Positions 37,457 through 47,405 of a stretch of 64,000 nt of DNA are shown here, one piece after another. The stretch's first letter is position 1. Every line of letters starts with the position of its first letter. Made by a program: the position numbers and the translations under genes. Under the pieces are notes generated by a model. It was not told the origin of the DNA, did not search any database, and saw only the letters and a program-made list of their open reading frames with translations. Source of the stretch: Tissierellia bacterium (lineage in GTDB: Bacteria; Bacillota; Clostridia; Tissierellales; Tissierellaceae); NCBI GenBank assembly GCA_012518035.1, contig JAAYTL010000001.1:20374-84373 (forward strand), in the 5' to 3' direction.

Positions 37457-37678
37457 TTACTCATGGAGATTTATTGTCGTTGCCGGTACTATAGTGGAGA
37501 TGGCATGCTTATAAATGAGTTGTTGCTTTCCATCACTGTCTAAGACCAAGGTATAATTATCAAATCCTTTAACTAGGCCCTTGATTTGATATCCATTTAC
37601 CAAGAAAACAGTCAAGGTCACGTTTTCTTTTCTAGCCTTGTTGAGAAATAGATCCTGCAGATTAATGTTTTGCTTCAT
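37457..37678 (-). CDS. hfq: RNA chaperone Hfq
   Basis: Sm motifs [39 protein letters not shown]. Confidence 0.94.
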   Translation of the reverse strand: MKQNINLQDLFLNKARKENVTLTVFLVNGYQIKGLVKGFDNYTLVLDSDGKQQLIYKHAISTIVPATTINLHE

Positions 37679-37692
37679 TCATAATCCTCCTC

Positions 37693-38637
37693 TTAAATTT
37701 TTAATTTATTTTTAGCTTGGTTATATATATAACTACTTAACTCATCCCTGTCCTTAAAATCTTCTACATCAATCCAGTTAATTCTTTTATCCCGTCTAAA
37801 CCAAGTTAATTGTCTTTTTGCATAGTTCCGACTGGCCTGCTTGATTGTATTGACAGCCTCCTCCAAACTGATCTTTCCCTCTAGGTAGCTAATTATTTCC
37901 TTATATCCTATAGCCTGTAGGGATACTAGATTCTTATCATAGCCCTTATCAAGTATGCCCTTGACCTCATCTATTAGACCTTCTTCAATCATTAAATCTA
38001 CCCTTAGATTTATCCTGTCATAGAGCTTTTTTCTATCCATGTTCAAACAAACCATAAATAGCTGGTACTTGTCTACCTCTTTTCTAAAATCCTTATTATG
38101 CTCACTCATGGTCTTTCCAGTTAGATAATAAATTTCAAGGGCTCTTATTATCCTTTTCCTATCATTAGGGCTGATGGTCATACTACTAACTGGATCCACC
38201 TCTTCTAGCATTTGATGGAGGTAGCCTTCTCCATTAATCCTTGCATACTCCTCTAACTCCATCCGGTATTCCTCATCTGGTGGGACTTCGGTAAAATTTA
38301 GATTATATACTAAGGAATTTATATATAATCCTGTCCCTCCTACAACTATTGGTAGCATATCCCTTGCATTTATTTCCTCTATTAGCCTAGAGGCATCCCT
38401 CTGATAATTGGAAACAGTATAGTCTTCATCAGGGTAAACTATATCTATTAGATGATGGGGTATATCATCCATCTCATCCCTAGTTACCTTAGCCGTACCT
38501 ATATCCATATATTTATAGATTTGCATGGAATCAGCAGAAATGATTTCCCCCTTTAATCTCTTGGCTAGATCTATGGATAGTGCTGTCTTTCCAATAGCTG
38601 TGGGGCCAACTAAAATAAATAGCTTATCTTTCATCAT
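37693..38637 (-). CDS. miaA: tRNA dimethylallyltransferase
   Basis: P-loop LVGPTAIGKTALS. Several ATGs lie at 38634-38643; SD GAAGGA favours 38637 or 38634. Confidence 0.93.
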   Translation of the reverse strand: MMKDKLFILVGPTAIGKTALSIDLAKRLKGEIISADSMQIYKYMDIGTAKVTRDEMDDIPHHLIDIVYPDEDYTVSNYQRDASRLIEEINARDMLPIVVGGTGLYINSLVYNLNFTEVPPDEEYRMELEEYARINGEGYLHQMLEEVDPVSSMTISPNDRKRIIRALEIYYLTGKTMSEHNKDFRKEVDKYQLFMVCLNMDRKKLYDRINLRVDLMIEEGLIDEVKGILDKGYDKNLVSLQAIGYKEIISYLEGKISLEEAVNTIKQASRNYAKRQLTWFRRDKRINWIDVEDFKDRDELSSYIYNQAKNKLKI

Positions 38638-38648
38638 TATCATCCTTC

Positions 38649-40559
38649 TTAAACAATCCGTAAAAACTCCTTCTCAATCTGTTCTCTAGTCATACTAACC
38701 ATGGTTGGCCTTCCATGTGGACAGGTATAGGGATTTTCACACGCCTTTAAATCCTTTATCAAGGCCATAATCTCCATATCCTTAATGACGTCTCCGCCCT
38801 TGATTGCATTAGTACATGCCAGTTTCATAATCTTCTGGATGCTGGTTTCATAAGAGTTCTTAATCCCAGTATCTAGACTATCCAATATCTGCAGGAACAA
38901 GTCCTTGGTTTTTGGACTTCCAAACAGGATTGGAACAGCCCTTAGGGCAATACTATTATGCCCAAACTCATCTATGTCAAATCCCAGGTCCCTAAAGACT
39001 TGAATGTTCTCCCTAACATAATTTAATTCCCTATCTGTCAATTCTATGATTTCTGGTACCATCAAGAGTTGTACATTGATAGCCTCGTTTTCATATTCCT
39101 TTTTATATCTTTCATACATAATCCTTTCATGGGCGGCATGCTGGTCAATAAAGATTAGTTTTTCATCAACCTTGCTTTCAACAATTATATAGGTATCAAA
39201 GACCTGGCCAATGGGCTTAATATCAAATAGTAAATCCTCAATCTTCTGTTCCTCTGGGATTTCAGGTTTACTATCCAAGTCTAACTTGTCTTCCCTTATA
39301 TCCCTAGACTCAATAGCCTTAAAGGAAATGTCCGTATAAATATCTTCTTCCCTATCTTCATCAAGGTTGTCTTCTAGAATATCCATTAATAAATCATACT
39401 CATTTGTCTCTCTAATTGGTAGATTATCCTGTTTACTTGTGAAATCATGTACTACTATATCGTCAAACTTATTTGATTCACCTAGGTTAAATAGGTTAAC
39501 CACTTCTTCCTTGTCTTGTTTGTCTTCTTTATCCTCTTTATCAAGCTTGAATTGGGGGGCATAGATTGATGCCCTCAAGGTTTCTTTGACCAGGTTGCTA
39601 ATTTTCCCGTATACAAAATCGCTATTAGAGAACTTAATCTCTTGCTTAGTTGGATGTATATTTACATCGACTTCCAGAGGGTCTATTTCCAGATAGAGGA
39701 TAAATACCGGGAACCTATTTTGGGGAATCATTGTCCTATACTGGTTTTCTATAACCTTGGCAAGTGGATAGTCAACCACATATCTACCATTGATATAGAG
39801 GTACTGATGGTTTCTATTTCCCCTATAGAGGTTGCTATTAGATATATATCCCTTAACTTTAATCCTACTATCTTTATATTCCAAGGGGATTAGAGACTTG
39901 GCAGTATCCTTACCAAGTATACTATATATGTTATCCAAGAGACTATTGCTCTGAGAGGTTTGCAAGACAGTTTTATTATCCCTTATGAACTTAAAGGATA
40001 TATCTGGATTACCTAGGGCCAGCTTATTTACAATGTCGCTAACATAATTACCCTCAGATAAATCACTTTTTAAAAACTTCTTCCTAACAGGAAGGTTATA
40101 AAATAAATCTCTTACTATCATGGTTGTCCCCTTGGGGCTACCAACCACATCCAATGAGATGATTTCACCTTCCTCTACAAGGGCCTGTAATCCTGCATTG
40201 GAACCTTCCGTCCTTGTTAGTACCTCTACCCTGGCAACACTAGCTATACTGGATAGGGCCTCACCCCTAAAACCTAGGGACATTATAGTGAAGATATCCT
40301 CTATGGACCTAAGTTTAGAGGTAGAATGCTTCTTAAAGGCTAGTGCTAGATCCTCTTCTAAGATACCATCACCATTATCACTGATTCTTATAAGGGATTT
40401 CCCACCATTTTTTATCTCCACAACTATATTATCTGAGTTTGCGTCTATGGAATTCTCTATTAATTCCTTAACTACAGAGGCCGGTCTTTCAATCACTTCA
40501 CCAGCGGCGATTTTTTGAATGGTCAAATCATCTAAAACCCTTATCTTAGCCATCATCAA
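38649..40559 (-). CDS. mutL: DNA mismatch repair protein MutL
   Basis: GHKL ATPase N-terminus IAAGEVIERPASVVKELIENSIDA, a K/E/D-rich linker, and a C-terminal endonuclease domain with DQHAAHERI. Confidence 0.96.
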   Translation of the reverse strand: MMMAKIRVLDDLTIQKIAAGEVIERPASVVKELIENSIDANSDNIVVEIKNGGKSLIRISDNGDGILEEDLALAFKKHSTSKLRSIEDIFTIMSLGFRGEALSSIASVARVEVLTRTEGSNAGLQALVEEGEIISLDVVGSPKGTTMIVRDLFYNLPVRKKFLKSDLSEGNYVSDIVNKLALGNPDISFKFIRDNKTVLQTSQSNSLLDNIYSILGKDTAKSLIPLEYKDSRIKVKGYISNSNLYRGNRNHQYLYINGRYVVDYPLAKVIENQYRTMIPQNRFPVFILYLEIDPLEVDVNIHPTKQEIKFSNSDFVYGKISNLVKETLRASIYAPQFKLDKEDKEDKQDKEEVVNLFNLGESNKFDDIVVHDFTSKQDNLPIRETNEYDLLMDILEDNLDEDREEDIYTDISFKAIESRDIREDKLDLDSKPEIPEEQKIEDLLFDIKPIGQVFDTYIIVESKVDEKLIFIDQHAAHERIMYERYKKEYENEAINVQLLMVPEIIELTDRELNYVRENIQVFRDLGFDIDEFGHNSIALRAVPILFGSPKTKDLFLQILDSLDTGIKNSYETSIQKIMKLACTNAIKGGDVIKDMEIMALIKDLKACENPYTCPHGRPTMVSMTREQIEKEFLRIV

Positions 40560-43174
40560 CCCTCCTTAAGGTTGTTAGCATCTTGTACTAAGTTATTTAA
40601 GAGGGATAAGGCTTCAATGGGAGTTAAATTGTCTATATCTACACTAGAAACCCTATCTATAAAATAATCCTTCTTGTACTCATACAGGTCCATCTGCCTA
40701 TTATTAGTTTTAGGAAGATCTTCAATATTGATCTCATGGGAGCCTTCTATGATTGTAAGTATCTCCCTGGCCCTCATAATAATATCATTATTAATTCCTG
40801 CTAAACGGGCTACCTGTATACCATATGATTTGTTAGTGCTACCCTCAACTATCTTCCTTAAAAAGGCAATATCTTCGCCCTTTTCTTCAGCAAGAATGGT
40901 TAAGTTTTTTACTGTTGAAAATTTCTCTTCAAGCTGGGTTAATTCATGGTAGTGGGTTGCAAACAAGGTCTTGGCCCTGATATGAGTGGCAATATATTCG
41001 ATAATGGACCATGCTATACTCAAACCATCGTAGGTACTGGTCCCCCTACCAACCTCATCCAAGATTATTAGGCTATCCTCAGTTGCATGCCTAATAATAT
41101 TTGCAACCTCATTCATTTCAACCATAAAAGTTGACTCTCCCTCAGCCAGGTTATCCGATGCTCCTATTCTAGTAAAGATTCTATCTACAATTGAAATATC
41201 CGCCTTATCCGCAGGCACAAAGGAGCCTACCTGGGCCAAGAGGGTAATTAATGCTACCTGCCTCATATAGGTGGATTTACCAGCCATATTGGGTCCAGTT
41301 ATGATGTGAATCATGTTCTCACCCTTGTCCATGGTGGTGTCGTTGGCGACAAAAAGATTGTTTTCTATGGTGTTCTCTACTACTGGGTGCCTCCCATTTA
41401 CAATTTTTATATACCCATCCTTGTTTAAGCTAGGCCTAGTATAATTATTGCTTCTTGCTACTCTTGCAAAGGATACTAGGACGTCCAATATGGATATAAT
41501 TCTGCTGGTCCCTTGTATACGATTGATTTCATCCTTAATCCTGTCCCTAATTTTGATAAATATTTCATATTCAAGTTGCAAGGATTTTTCCTCTGAGCCC
41601 AGTATCTTTAACTCCATGGACTTTAACTCTTCGGTGAAATATCTTTCAGCATTTTTCAAGGTCTGTTTTCTCATAAAATATTCAGGTACAAGGGAAATAT
41701 TGGATTTGGTTACTTCAAAGTAATAACCCATTACCTTGTTGAATCCAATTCTAAGATTCTTAATCCCAGTCTTTTCCCTCTCATTAGTTTCTAAGGTCGC
41801 TAACCATTCCTTTCCCTTAATGCTAGCCTCCCTGACCTCATCTAAGTCCTTGTTAAAACCTGGCTTAATTAGGTTCCCATCCTTGATGGTTGTTGGAGGG
41901 TTTTCATCAATTGATCTATCTATCAAGTCATATATATCCTCTAAACCATCTATATTTGCCCCTAACTCCCTCAAGCTCCTATTCTCTACCTTACTTAATA
42001 GGGATTTTAAGTCTGGTAATACAGAAATAGAATTCCTTAATGAAATCAAGTCCCTACCGTTGCAATTACCAGTTGATATCCTACCAGCTAGCCTTTCAAT
42101 ATCGTAGATGGATTTAAGCCTGGTGGTAATTTCGTCCATAAAGATCATGTTATTATATAAGTATTCCACCATATCAAGCCTATAGTTGATTTCCTCTATA
42201 TTTAATAGAGGCTGTTCCAGCCAATTCTTTAGCAATCTTCCTCCCATGGCAGTTGAAGTCCTATCAATATGGTAGATCAAGGTAGACTTCCTATTCCTAG
42301 ACATTATACTATCCTGGATTTCTAGGTTTGTCCTGGTGTTTATGTCCAGAATCATATAGTCCTTGGGTTCATAGTAGATTATCTCATTTATATGGTCTAG
42401 GGAATTTTTTTGAGTAGTATATAAGTAGTCTATTAACTTTGAAGTAGCTAAAATTGAATACATCCTACCCTCTAACCCTAATTCCTTGAGAGATTTAGCT
42501 TGAAATAATTCAAGAATTCTATTTATATGCCCTTCCTCAATCCCTTTAACATTCACATAGGAATTAAAAAAAGGGTTAATCTTGTTTTGGATTATCTTTA
42601 TAAATTTTTCATAGTTCATAAAGAATTCATTACAAATAATCTCTGCTGGTAGGGTCTTGCCAAGCTCATCTATAACGAACCTATAGTTATTCTCTAAACT
42701 ACTGGAATATTCACTAGTATACATTTCTCCAGTCGAATTATCTGCATAGGCTATTCCTACCCCAAAATCATCCAGGTAGATAGATACCAGGTAATTATTA
42801 CTCTTTTCGTCCAAGACATTGGAATCAGTTATAGTTCCAGGGGTAATCACCCTGATAACATCCCTCTTGACTAATCCCTTGGCCAGGGCTGGATCTTCTA
42901 ATTGGTCACATATGGCTACCTTATAGCCCTTTTTTACGAGTTTGGAAATATAGGAATCAGCAACGTGGTGGGGTACTCCACACATGGGTACCTTTTCATC
43001 CATACCTGCCCCCCTCTGGGTCAAGGTGATTTCTAATTCCTTGGATGCTATGATGGCATCATCAAAGAACATCTCATAAAAATCACCCAATCTAAAGAAG
43101 AGGATGGAATCCTTATATCTTTCTTTAATACTGACATATTGTTGCATCATAGGAGTTAAATTATCCAAATTCAT
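40556..43174 (-). CDS. mutS: DNA mismatch repair protein MutS
   Basis: LTPMMQQY N-terminus and Walker A ITGPNMAGKSTYMRQ. The start may be TTG 43168, because the SD abuts ATG 43174. Confidence 0.97.
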   Translation of the reverse strand: MNLDNLTPMMQQYVSIKERYKDSILFFRLGDFYEMFFDDAIIASKELEITLTQRGAGMDEKVPMCGVPHHVADSYISKLVKKGYKVAICDQLEDPALAKGLVKRDVIRVITPGTITDSNVLDEKSNNYLVSIYLDDFGVGIAYADNSTGEMYTSEYSSSLENNYRFVIDELGKTLPAEIICNEFFMNYEKFIKIIQNKINPFFNSYVNVKGIEEGHINRILELFQAKSLKELGLEGRMYSILATSKLIDYLYTTQKNSLDHINEIIYYEPKDYMILDINTRTNLEIQDSIMSRNRKSTLIYHIDRTSTAMGGRLLKNWLEQPLLNIEEINYRLDMVEYLYNNMIFMDEITTRLKSIYDIERLAGRISTGNCNGRDLISLRNSISVLPDLKSLLSKVENRSLRELGANIDGLEDIYDLIDRSIDENPPTTIKDGNLIKPGFNKDLDEVREASIKGKEWLATLETNEREKTGIKNLRIGFNKVMGYYFEVTKSNISLVPEYFMRKQTLKNAERYFTEELKSMELKILGSEEKSLQLEYEIFIKIRDRIKDEINRIQGTSRIISILDVLVSFARVARSNNYTRPSLNKDGYIKIVNGRHPVVENTIENNLFVANDTTMDKGENMIHIITGPNMAGKSTYMRQVALITLLAQVGSFVPADKADISIVDRIFTRIGASDNLAEGESTFMVEMNEVANIIRHATEDSLIILDEVGRGTSTYDGLSIAWSIIEYIATHIRAKTLFATHYHELTQLEEKFSTVKNLTILAEEKGEDIAFLRKIVEGSTNKSYGIQVARLAGINNDIIMRAREILTIIEGSHEINIEDLPKTNNRQMDLYEYKKDYFIDRVSSVDIDNLTPIEALSLLNNLVQDANNLKEG

Positions 43175-43183
43175 ACCTCCATA

Positions 43184-44506
43184 CTATTGGTCAACTAATA
43201 CACCTTCCAAGGTAAAAGTTTTGGCCTTGGTGATCCTAACATCAACTAATTCACCTATTAAGCCCTTATCACCCTTAAAATGAACTAATTTTCCTGAATT
43301 AGTTCTACCATTTAAGATTTCTTCATTATTCTTGCTGACTTCTTCAACCAGTACCTCTACTGTCTGGTCTAAATATCTTCTATTATATTCCAGTCCAATT
43401 GGATGTAGGACTTCCATCAACCTCTGGAATCTCTGGTTTTTCACTTCATCGTCAACCTGGTCCTTCATGTTTGCAGCCGGGGTCCCCTCCCTAACAGAAT
43501 ATAGGAAGGTAAAGGCTGAATCAAATCCAACCTTCTTAACCAAGTCAAGGGTATCATTGAAGTCATCTTCTGTCTCACCAGGAAAGCCAACTATTAGGTC
43601 CGTGGTTATACTAATATCTGGCTTGACCCTTCTAACCTTGTCAATTATCTTTAGATAATCCTCCCTAGTATACTTACGATTCATTAATTTAAGTATCCTA
43701 TTACTACCGGATTGGATAGGTAGATGGAGCTGGTTACAAAGTTTGTCTAGTTCTCCATAAAGGCTAATTAACTCATCTGATATATCCTTTGGATGGGAGG
43801 TCATAAATCTTATCCTCTCAATCCCATCTATTTTGTGTATATCTCTAATCAAGTCAGCAAAGCTATATTCCTTGTCCAAGGTTTTACCATAGGAGTTGAC
43901 ATTTTGACCAAGTAGGGTAACTTCCTTACAACCTGTCTTAGCCAACTTTTCAATCTCTTCAATGATATATTCCGGTTCCCTGCTCCTTTCCCTACCCCTA
44001 GTATAGGGTACTATACAGTAGGTACAAAAATTGTTGCAACCATAGGTGATATTGACAAAGGATTTAAAGCTGTACTTACGGTTTGCTTCTATACTTTCAT
44101 CTATTTCTCTATTTTCTTCAACTATATCAATTATTGTCTCACCTGTTTTTTCATGGTTGTTGATCAATTGGGGTAATTTATGGATATTATTGGTACCAAA
44201 GATTATATCCACATGCCTATGCTTGCTTGTTATAATCTCCAATACTTCATCCCTTTGCATCATACAACCGCAGATGGAAATAATCAGACCAGGTTTAATC
44301 CTTTTTAGTCTTTTTAACTCGCCTATCTGCCCATAAACCCTTTCTTCAGCACTCTTCCTTACTGCACAGGTGTTGAAAATGATTAAGTCTGCATCCTCTT
44401 CCCTGTCTGTACTTCTATAATTCATCCCTTCTAAAACCCAGGATATTTTTTCAGAATCATGCTCATTCATCTGGCAACCAAAGGTGCGTATTAAATACTT
44501 CTTCAT
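43184..44506 (-). CDS. miaB: tRNA-i6A37 methylthiotransferase (radical SAM)
   Basis: UPF0004 N-domain TFGCQMNEHDSE, radical SAM CNNFCTYCIVP, and a C-terminal TRAM domain. Confidence 0.93.
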   Translation of the reverse strand: MKKYLIRTFGCQMNEHDSEKISWVLEGMNYRSTDREEDADLIIFNTCAVRKSAEERVYGQIGELKRLKRIKPGLIISICGCMMQRDEVLEIITSKHRHVDIIFGTNNIHKLPQLINNHEKTGETIIDIVEENREIDESIEANRKYSFKSFVNITYGCNNFCTYCIVPYTRGRERSREPEYIIEEIEKLAKTGCKEVTLLGQNVNSYGKTLDKEYSFADLIRDIHKIDGIERIRFMTSHPKDISDELISLYGELDKLCNQLHLPIQSGSNRILKLMNRKYTREDYLKIIDKVRRVKPDISITTDLIVGFPGETEDDFNDTLDLVKKVGFDSAFTFLYSVREGTPAANMKDQVDDEVKNQRFQRLMEVLHPIGLEYNRRYLDQTVEVLVEEVSKNNEEILNGRTNSGKLVHFKGDKGLIGELVDVRITKAKTFTLEGVLVDQ

Positions 44507-44594
44507 TTATATAATGTCCTCACTTTCTTATTACAAGTATCAAGCAAATTAATTAATATATAAATACCATAACTTATATTATACCATAGAAAAC

Positions 44595-44620
44595 ATAAAA
44601 GAGTAGCAATTAGCTACCCT
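44595..44620 (-). terminator. weak terminator after the MerR-like gene
   Basis: Minus strand reads GGGTAGC-TAATT-GCTACTC (one G-U pair) followed by TTTTAT. Confidence 0.4.
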
Positions 44621-44627
44621 TCAATGA

Positions 44628-45233
44628 TTAATACCTAGGTATTTTTTTAAATATTTTTTTGAAAAACCCCTGTTTCTCATTCTTTAATCTAAAAATCTCT
44701 TCCTTCAACCTTACATTTTCATAAACCTTTTCCTTAACCTTCATCCTAAGTTTAGCATTTTCACAGATTAGCACATCATGTTCTTTAGAATTTATCTCCT
44801 TCCTTAAGGCAATAATTTCTTCCTTTAGGGCTTCTACTAAATCACTAGTATTGTTATGGTTCTCCTCCAAATAATTTGATAATTTTTCAAAAAACCTATC
44901 TTCAATAATTGTGGATATTTGACTGGCAATCTCTCTAGAATCAACCATAGATACATCATCTTTTACTAGGGCAAGATTGGTCTCCTCTTGATTAAATACG
45001 GTTTCAGGTGAATTGATTATCATCTTTATCTGTTTATTGCCAAATCCCTTATCCTTTAAATCCTTGATATATTGGATTAGTTCAATTTCCCTATAGGTAT
45101 AATATCTATGGTTGGAGTCTCTTCTTGGAACATCAATGTCAAACTCCTTTTCATAATATCTAAGAACATGAGGAGCAAATCCAGTGATTTCCGCTACTTC
45201 AGATATGGAATATTCATATGAAAGATCTATCAA
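44628..45233 (-). CDS. MerR family transcriptional regulator with a coiled-coil C-terminus
   Basis: HTH YSISEVAEITGFAPHVLRYYEKEF. TTG start 5 nt after SD AGGGGGGAG. Confidence 0.8.
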   Translation of the reverse strand: MIDLSYEYSISEVAEITGFAPHVLRYYEKEFDIDVPRRDSNHRYYTYREIELIQYIKDLKDKGFGNKQIKMIINSPETVFNQEETNLALVKDDVSMVDSREIASQISTIIEDRFFEKLSNYLEENHNNTSDLVEALKEEIIALRKEINSKEHDVLICENAKLRMKVKEKVYENVRLKEEIFRLKNEKQGFFKKIFKKIPRY

Positions 45234-45335
45234 AGTTACTCCCCCCTTAACCTATAATATCACTATTTCGGTTAATAGGGGGAAAATTCCTCTAGAATTT
45301 GAGTACTTTTTTCATACAAATAAGTTGAATTTCCA

Positions 45336-45366
45336 ACAAAAAGCTAGGGTTATAGAGAACCCTAGC
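45336..45366 (-). terminator. terminator after the M42 peptidase cluster
   Basis: Minus strand reads GCTAGGGTT-CTCTAT-AACCCTAGC followed by TTTTTGTT. Confidence 0.7.
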
Positions 45367-45391
45367 CTGTAAGATGTCATTTCTTGACCGA

Positions 45392-46390
45392 TTAGATATC
45401 AAATTCTGTATTCAAGAATTCAACTAGTAATTTAATACTATTATTTATATCTTCCTTAGAAGCCATTTCCACTGTTGAGTGGACATACCTGGTTGGAATT
45501 GATATGACTCCAGATGGAACCCCCTCCTTGTTTATATGAATAGCTCCTGAATCGGTGCCACCATATTCCAAGACTTCCATCTGATAAGGTATTTCCTTAT
45601 CTTCAGCAAGTTTTACAAGGGTTTCCCTTATATATGGGTGGGCTATCAAGGACCTATCCTTTACCTTAATAGCCGTTCCCTTATTTAAACCTATAGCTAA
45701 TCTTCTTGCCTTTGGAGTATCCCCATGACCTGTTACATCTAAGGATATACCTAGGTCTGGTTCAATGGAAAAGGCAGCTGTCTTGGCCCCCCTTAGTCCA
45801 ACCTCCTCCTGGACTGAAAAGACATAATAAAGGTCATTGTGAGGTTCTTTTATCTGTTTTAAAGCCTCTATAGCTACAAAACATCCCACCCTGTCATCTA
45901 AGTAGGGGGTAAAGACTACCTTATCATTCTCAACGAAATCTGATTTATATATACAAATGTCCCCTATACTTACCTTCTCCAAGGCTTCCTCCTTTGAAAA
46001 AGCTCCTATATCTATATACATCTTATCCAGCTTAAGCTTGGACATGTCATCTAAAGGCTCAGCAAAGATAACCCCAACAGTTCCGTTCTCAAATATAACC
46101 TGCTGGCCATAGGAATAATAAGGAGATATACCTCCTATATTTGTGAACCTTAAGAATCCATTTTCATCAATATCAATAACCATCATGCCAATTTGGTCCA
46201 TATGGGCAGAAATCATGACCTTCTTCCCCTGGCCCTTCTTATGGGCTATAAGATTTCCCAGGGCATCTACCCTTATATCATCAACATAATCCCTTATCTC
46301 ATCGGAAATAAATTCCCTAATCCTATCTTCCTTGCTAGATGGACCGTATATTTTAACTAACTTACTTAATAATTCACTATTAAAAGCCAT
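45392..46390 (-). CDS. M42 family metallopeptidase (TET/FrvX-like aminopeptidase), paralogue 3
   Basis: SAHMDQIGMMV, LDDRVGC, VQEEVGLRGA and RYVHS motifs. SD AAGGAGGG precedes ATG 46390. 11-nt overlap with paralogue 2. Confidence 0.85.
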   Translation of the reverse strand: MAFNSELLSKLVKIYGPSSKEDRIREFISDEIRDYVDDIRVDALGNLIAHKKGQGKKVMISAHMDQIGMMVIDIDENGFLRFTNIGGISPYYSYGQQVIFENGTVGVIFAEPLDDMSKLKLDKMYIDIGAFSKEEALEKVSIGDICIYKSDFVENDKVVFTPYLDDRVGCFVAIEALKQIKEPHNDLYYVFSVQEEVGLRGAKTAAFSIEPDLGISLDVTGHGDTPKARRLAIGLNKGTAIKVKDRSLIAHPYIRETLVKLAEDKEIPYQMEVLEYGGTDSGAIHINKEGVPSGVISIPTRYVHSTVEMASKEDINNSIKLLVEFLNTEFDI

Positions 46391-47405
46391 TGTAACCCTC
46401 CTTGAAATCATATAAAACAGCCTTAGCTAATTTAAATGTATTTTTATAATCATCCATACTCATTACAGAGACTGGAGAATGGATATTACGACAAGGCACA
46501 GATATGGTAGTAGTCAGGGACCCATCTCTTGAAGTATGAATCTTCCCGGAGTCATTTCCACCCATTGAGGTCTTCCTAAATTGATAGGGTATGTTATTTT
46601 TCTCAGCAATTTCTACAACCCTATCCCTTAATTTATGATTGTAGACAGTTGTCCTATCAGCCAAGGATATAGCTGGACCACCACCAAGATAGGTTGGTAC
46701 TAGATGGCTGTCTAACTCTGGTATATCATAGGCCAGGGTTCCCTCTAGTACAATAGTTAAATCTGGATCTACCTCATAGGCAGCAGGCCCTGCTCCTACT
46801 AGACCTACTTCTTCCATTACAGTAAATACAGCATAAAAACTAACGTCTTCTACATTCTTAATTAAGTCAATTAATATGGCGCATCCAACCCTATTATCCA
46901 GGGCCTTGGCCTTGACAAGCCCTTGCCCAAACTCAACATATTCACTATCAAAGGCTATATAGTCACCTATATTCACATATTTCTCTGCATCTTCCTTGGA
47001 CTTTGCTCCTATATCTATATAGAGGTCATCCATGGATAGGGCATTTGACCACTCATTCCTCTTTTGTAGGTGAATGGGCTTAGCACCGATAACTCCAGCT
47101 ATCTTCTTCTCTCCAATCAAGACAGGCTTAGAAACTAAGATCCTCTTATCGATTCCACCAACAGGCAAGAATTTTATCAGCCCATGTGAATCAATTTCCT
47201 TAACCATTAATCCAACCTCGTCCATATGGGCTGTAACCATGATTCTCTTTGAATTAGCTTTACCTTCCTTAAAAGCTATTATATTTCCCAATCTATCTAT
47301 TTTAAGACTTGTGCAATAGGGTTCTATTTCGGAAATTATTATATCTCGAACTTCTTTTTCATTGCCTGATAGTCCAGATGCTTCAGTTAGGGTTTTTAAT
47401 AACAT
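46380..47405 (-). CDS. M42 family metallopeptidase, paralogue 2
   Basis: TAHMDEVGLMV, LDNRVGC, VMEEVGLVGA and RNIHS motifs. 10-nt overlap with paralogue 1. Confidence 0.85.
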   Translation of the reverse strand: MLLKTLTEASGLSGNEKEVRDIIISEIEPYCTSLKIDRLGNIIAFKEGKANSKRIMVTAHMDEVGLMVKEIDSHGLIKFLPVGGIDKRILVSKPVLIGEKKIAGVIGAKPIHLQKRNEWSNALSMDDLYIDIGAKSKEDAEKYVNIGDYIAFDSEYVEFGQGLVKAKALDNRVGCAILIDLIKNVEDVSFYAVFTVMEEVGLVGAGPAAYEVDPDLTIVLEGTLAYDIPELDSHLVPTYLGGGPAISLADRTTVYNHKLRDRVVEIAEKNNIPYQFRKTSMGGNDSGKIHTSRDGSLTTTISVPCRNIHSPVSVMSMDDYKNTFKLAKAVLYDFKEGYNGF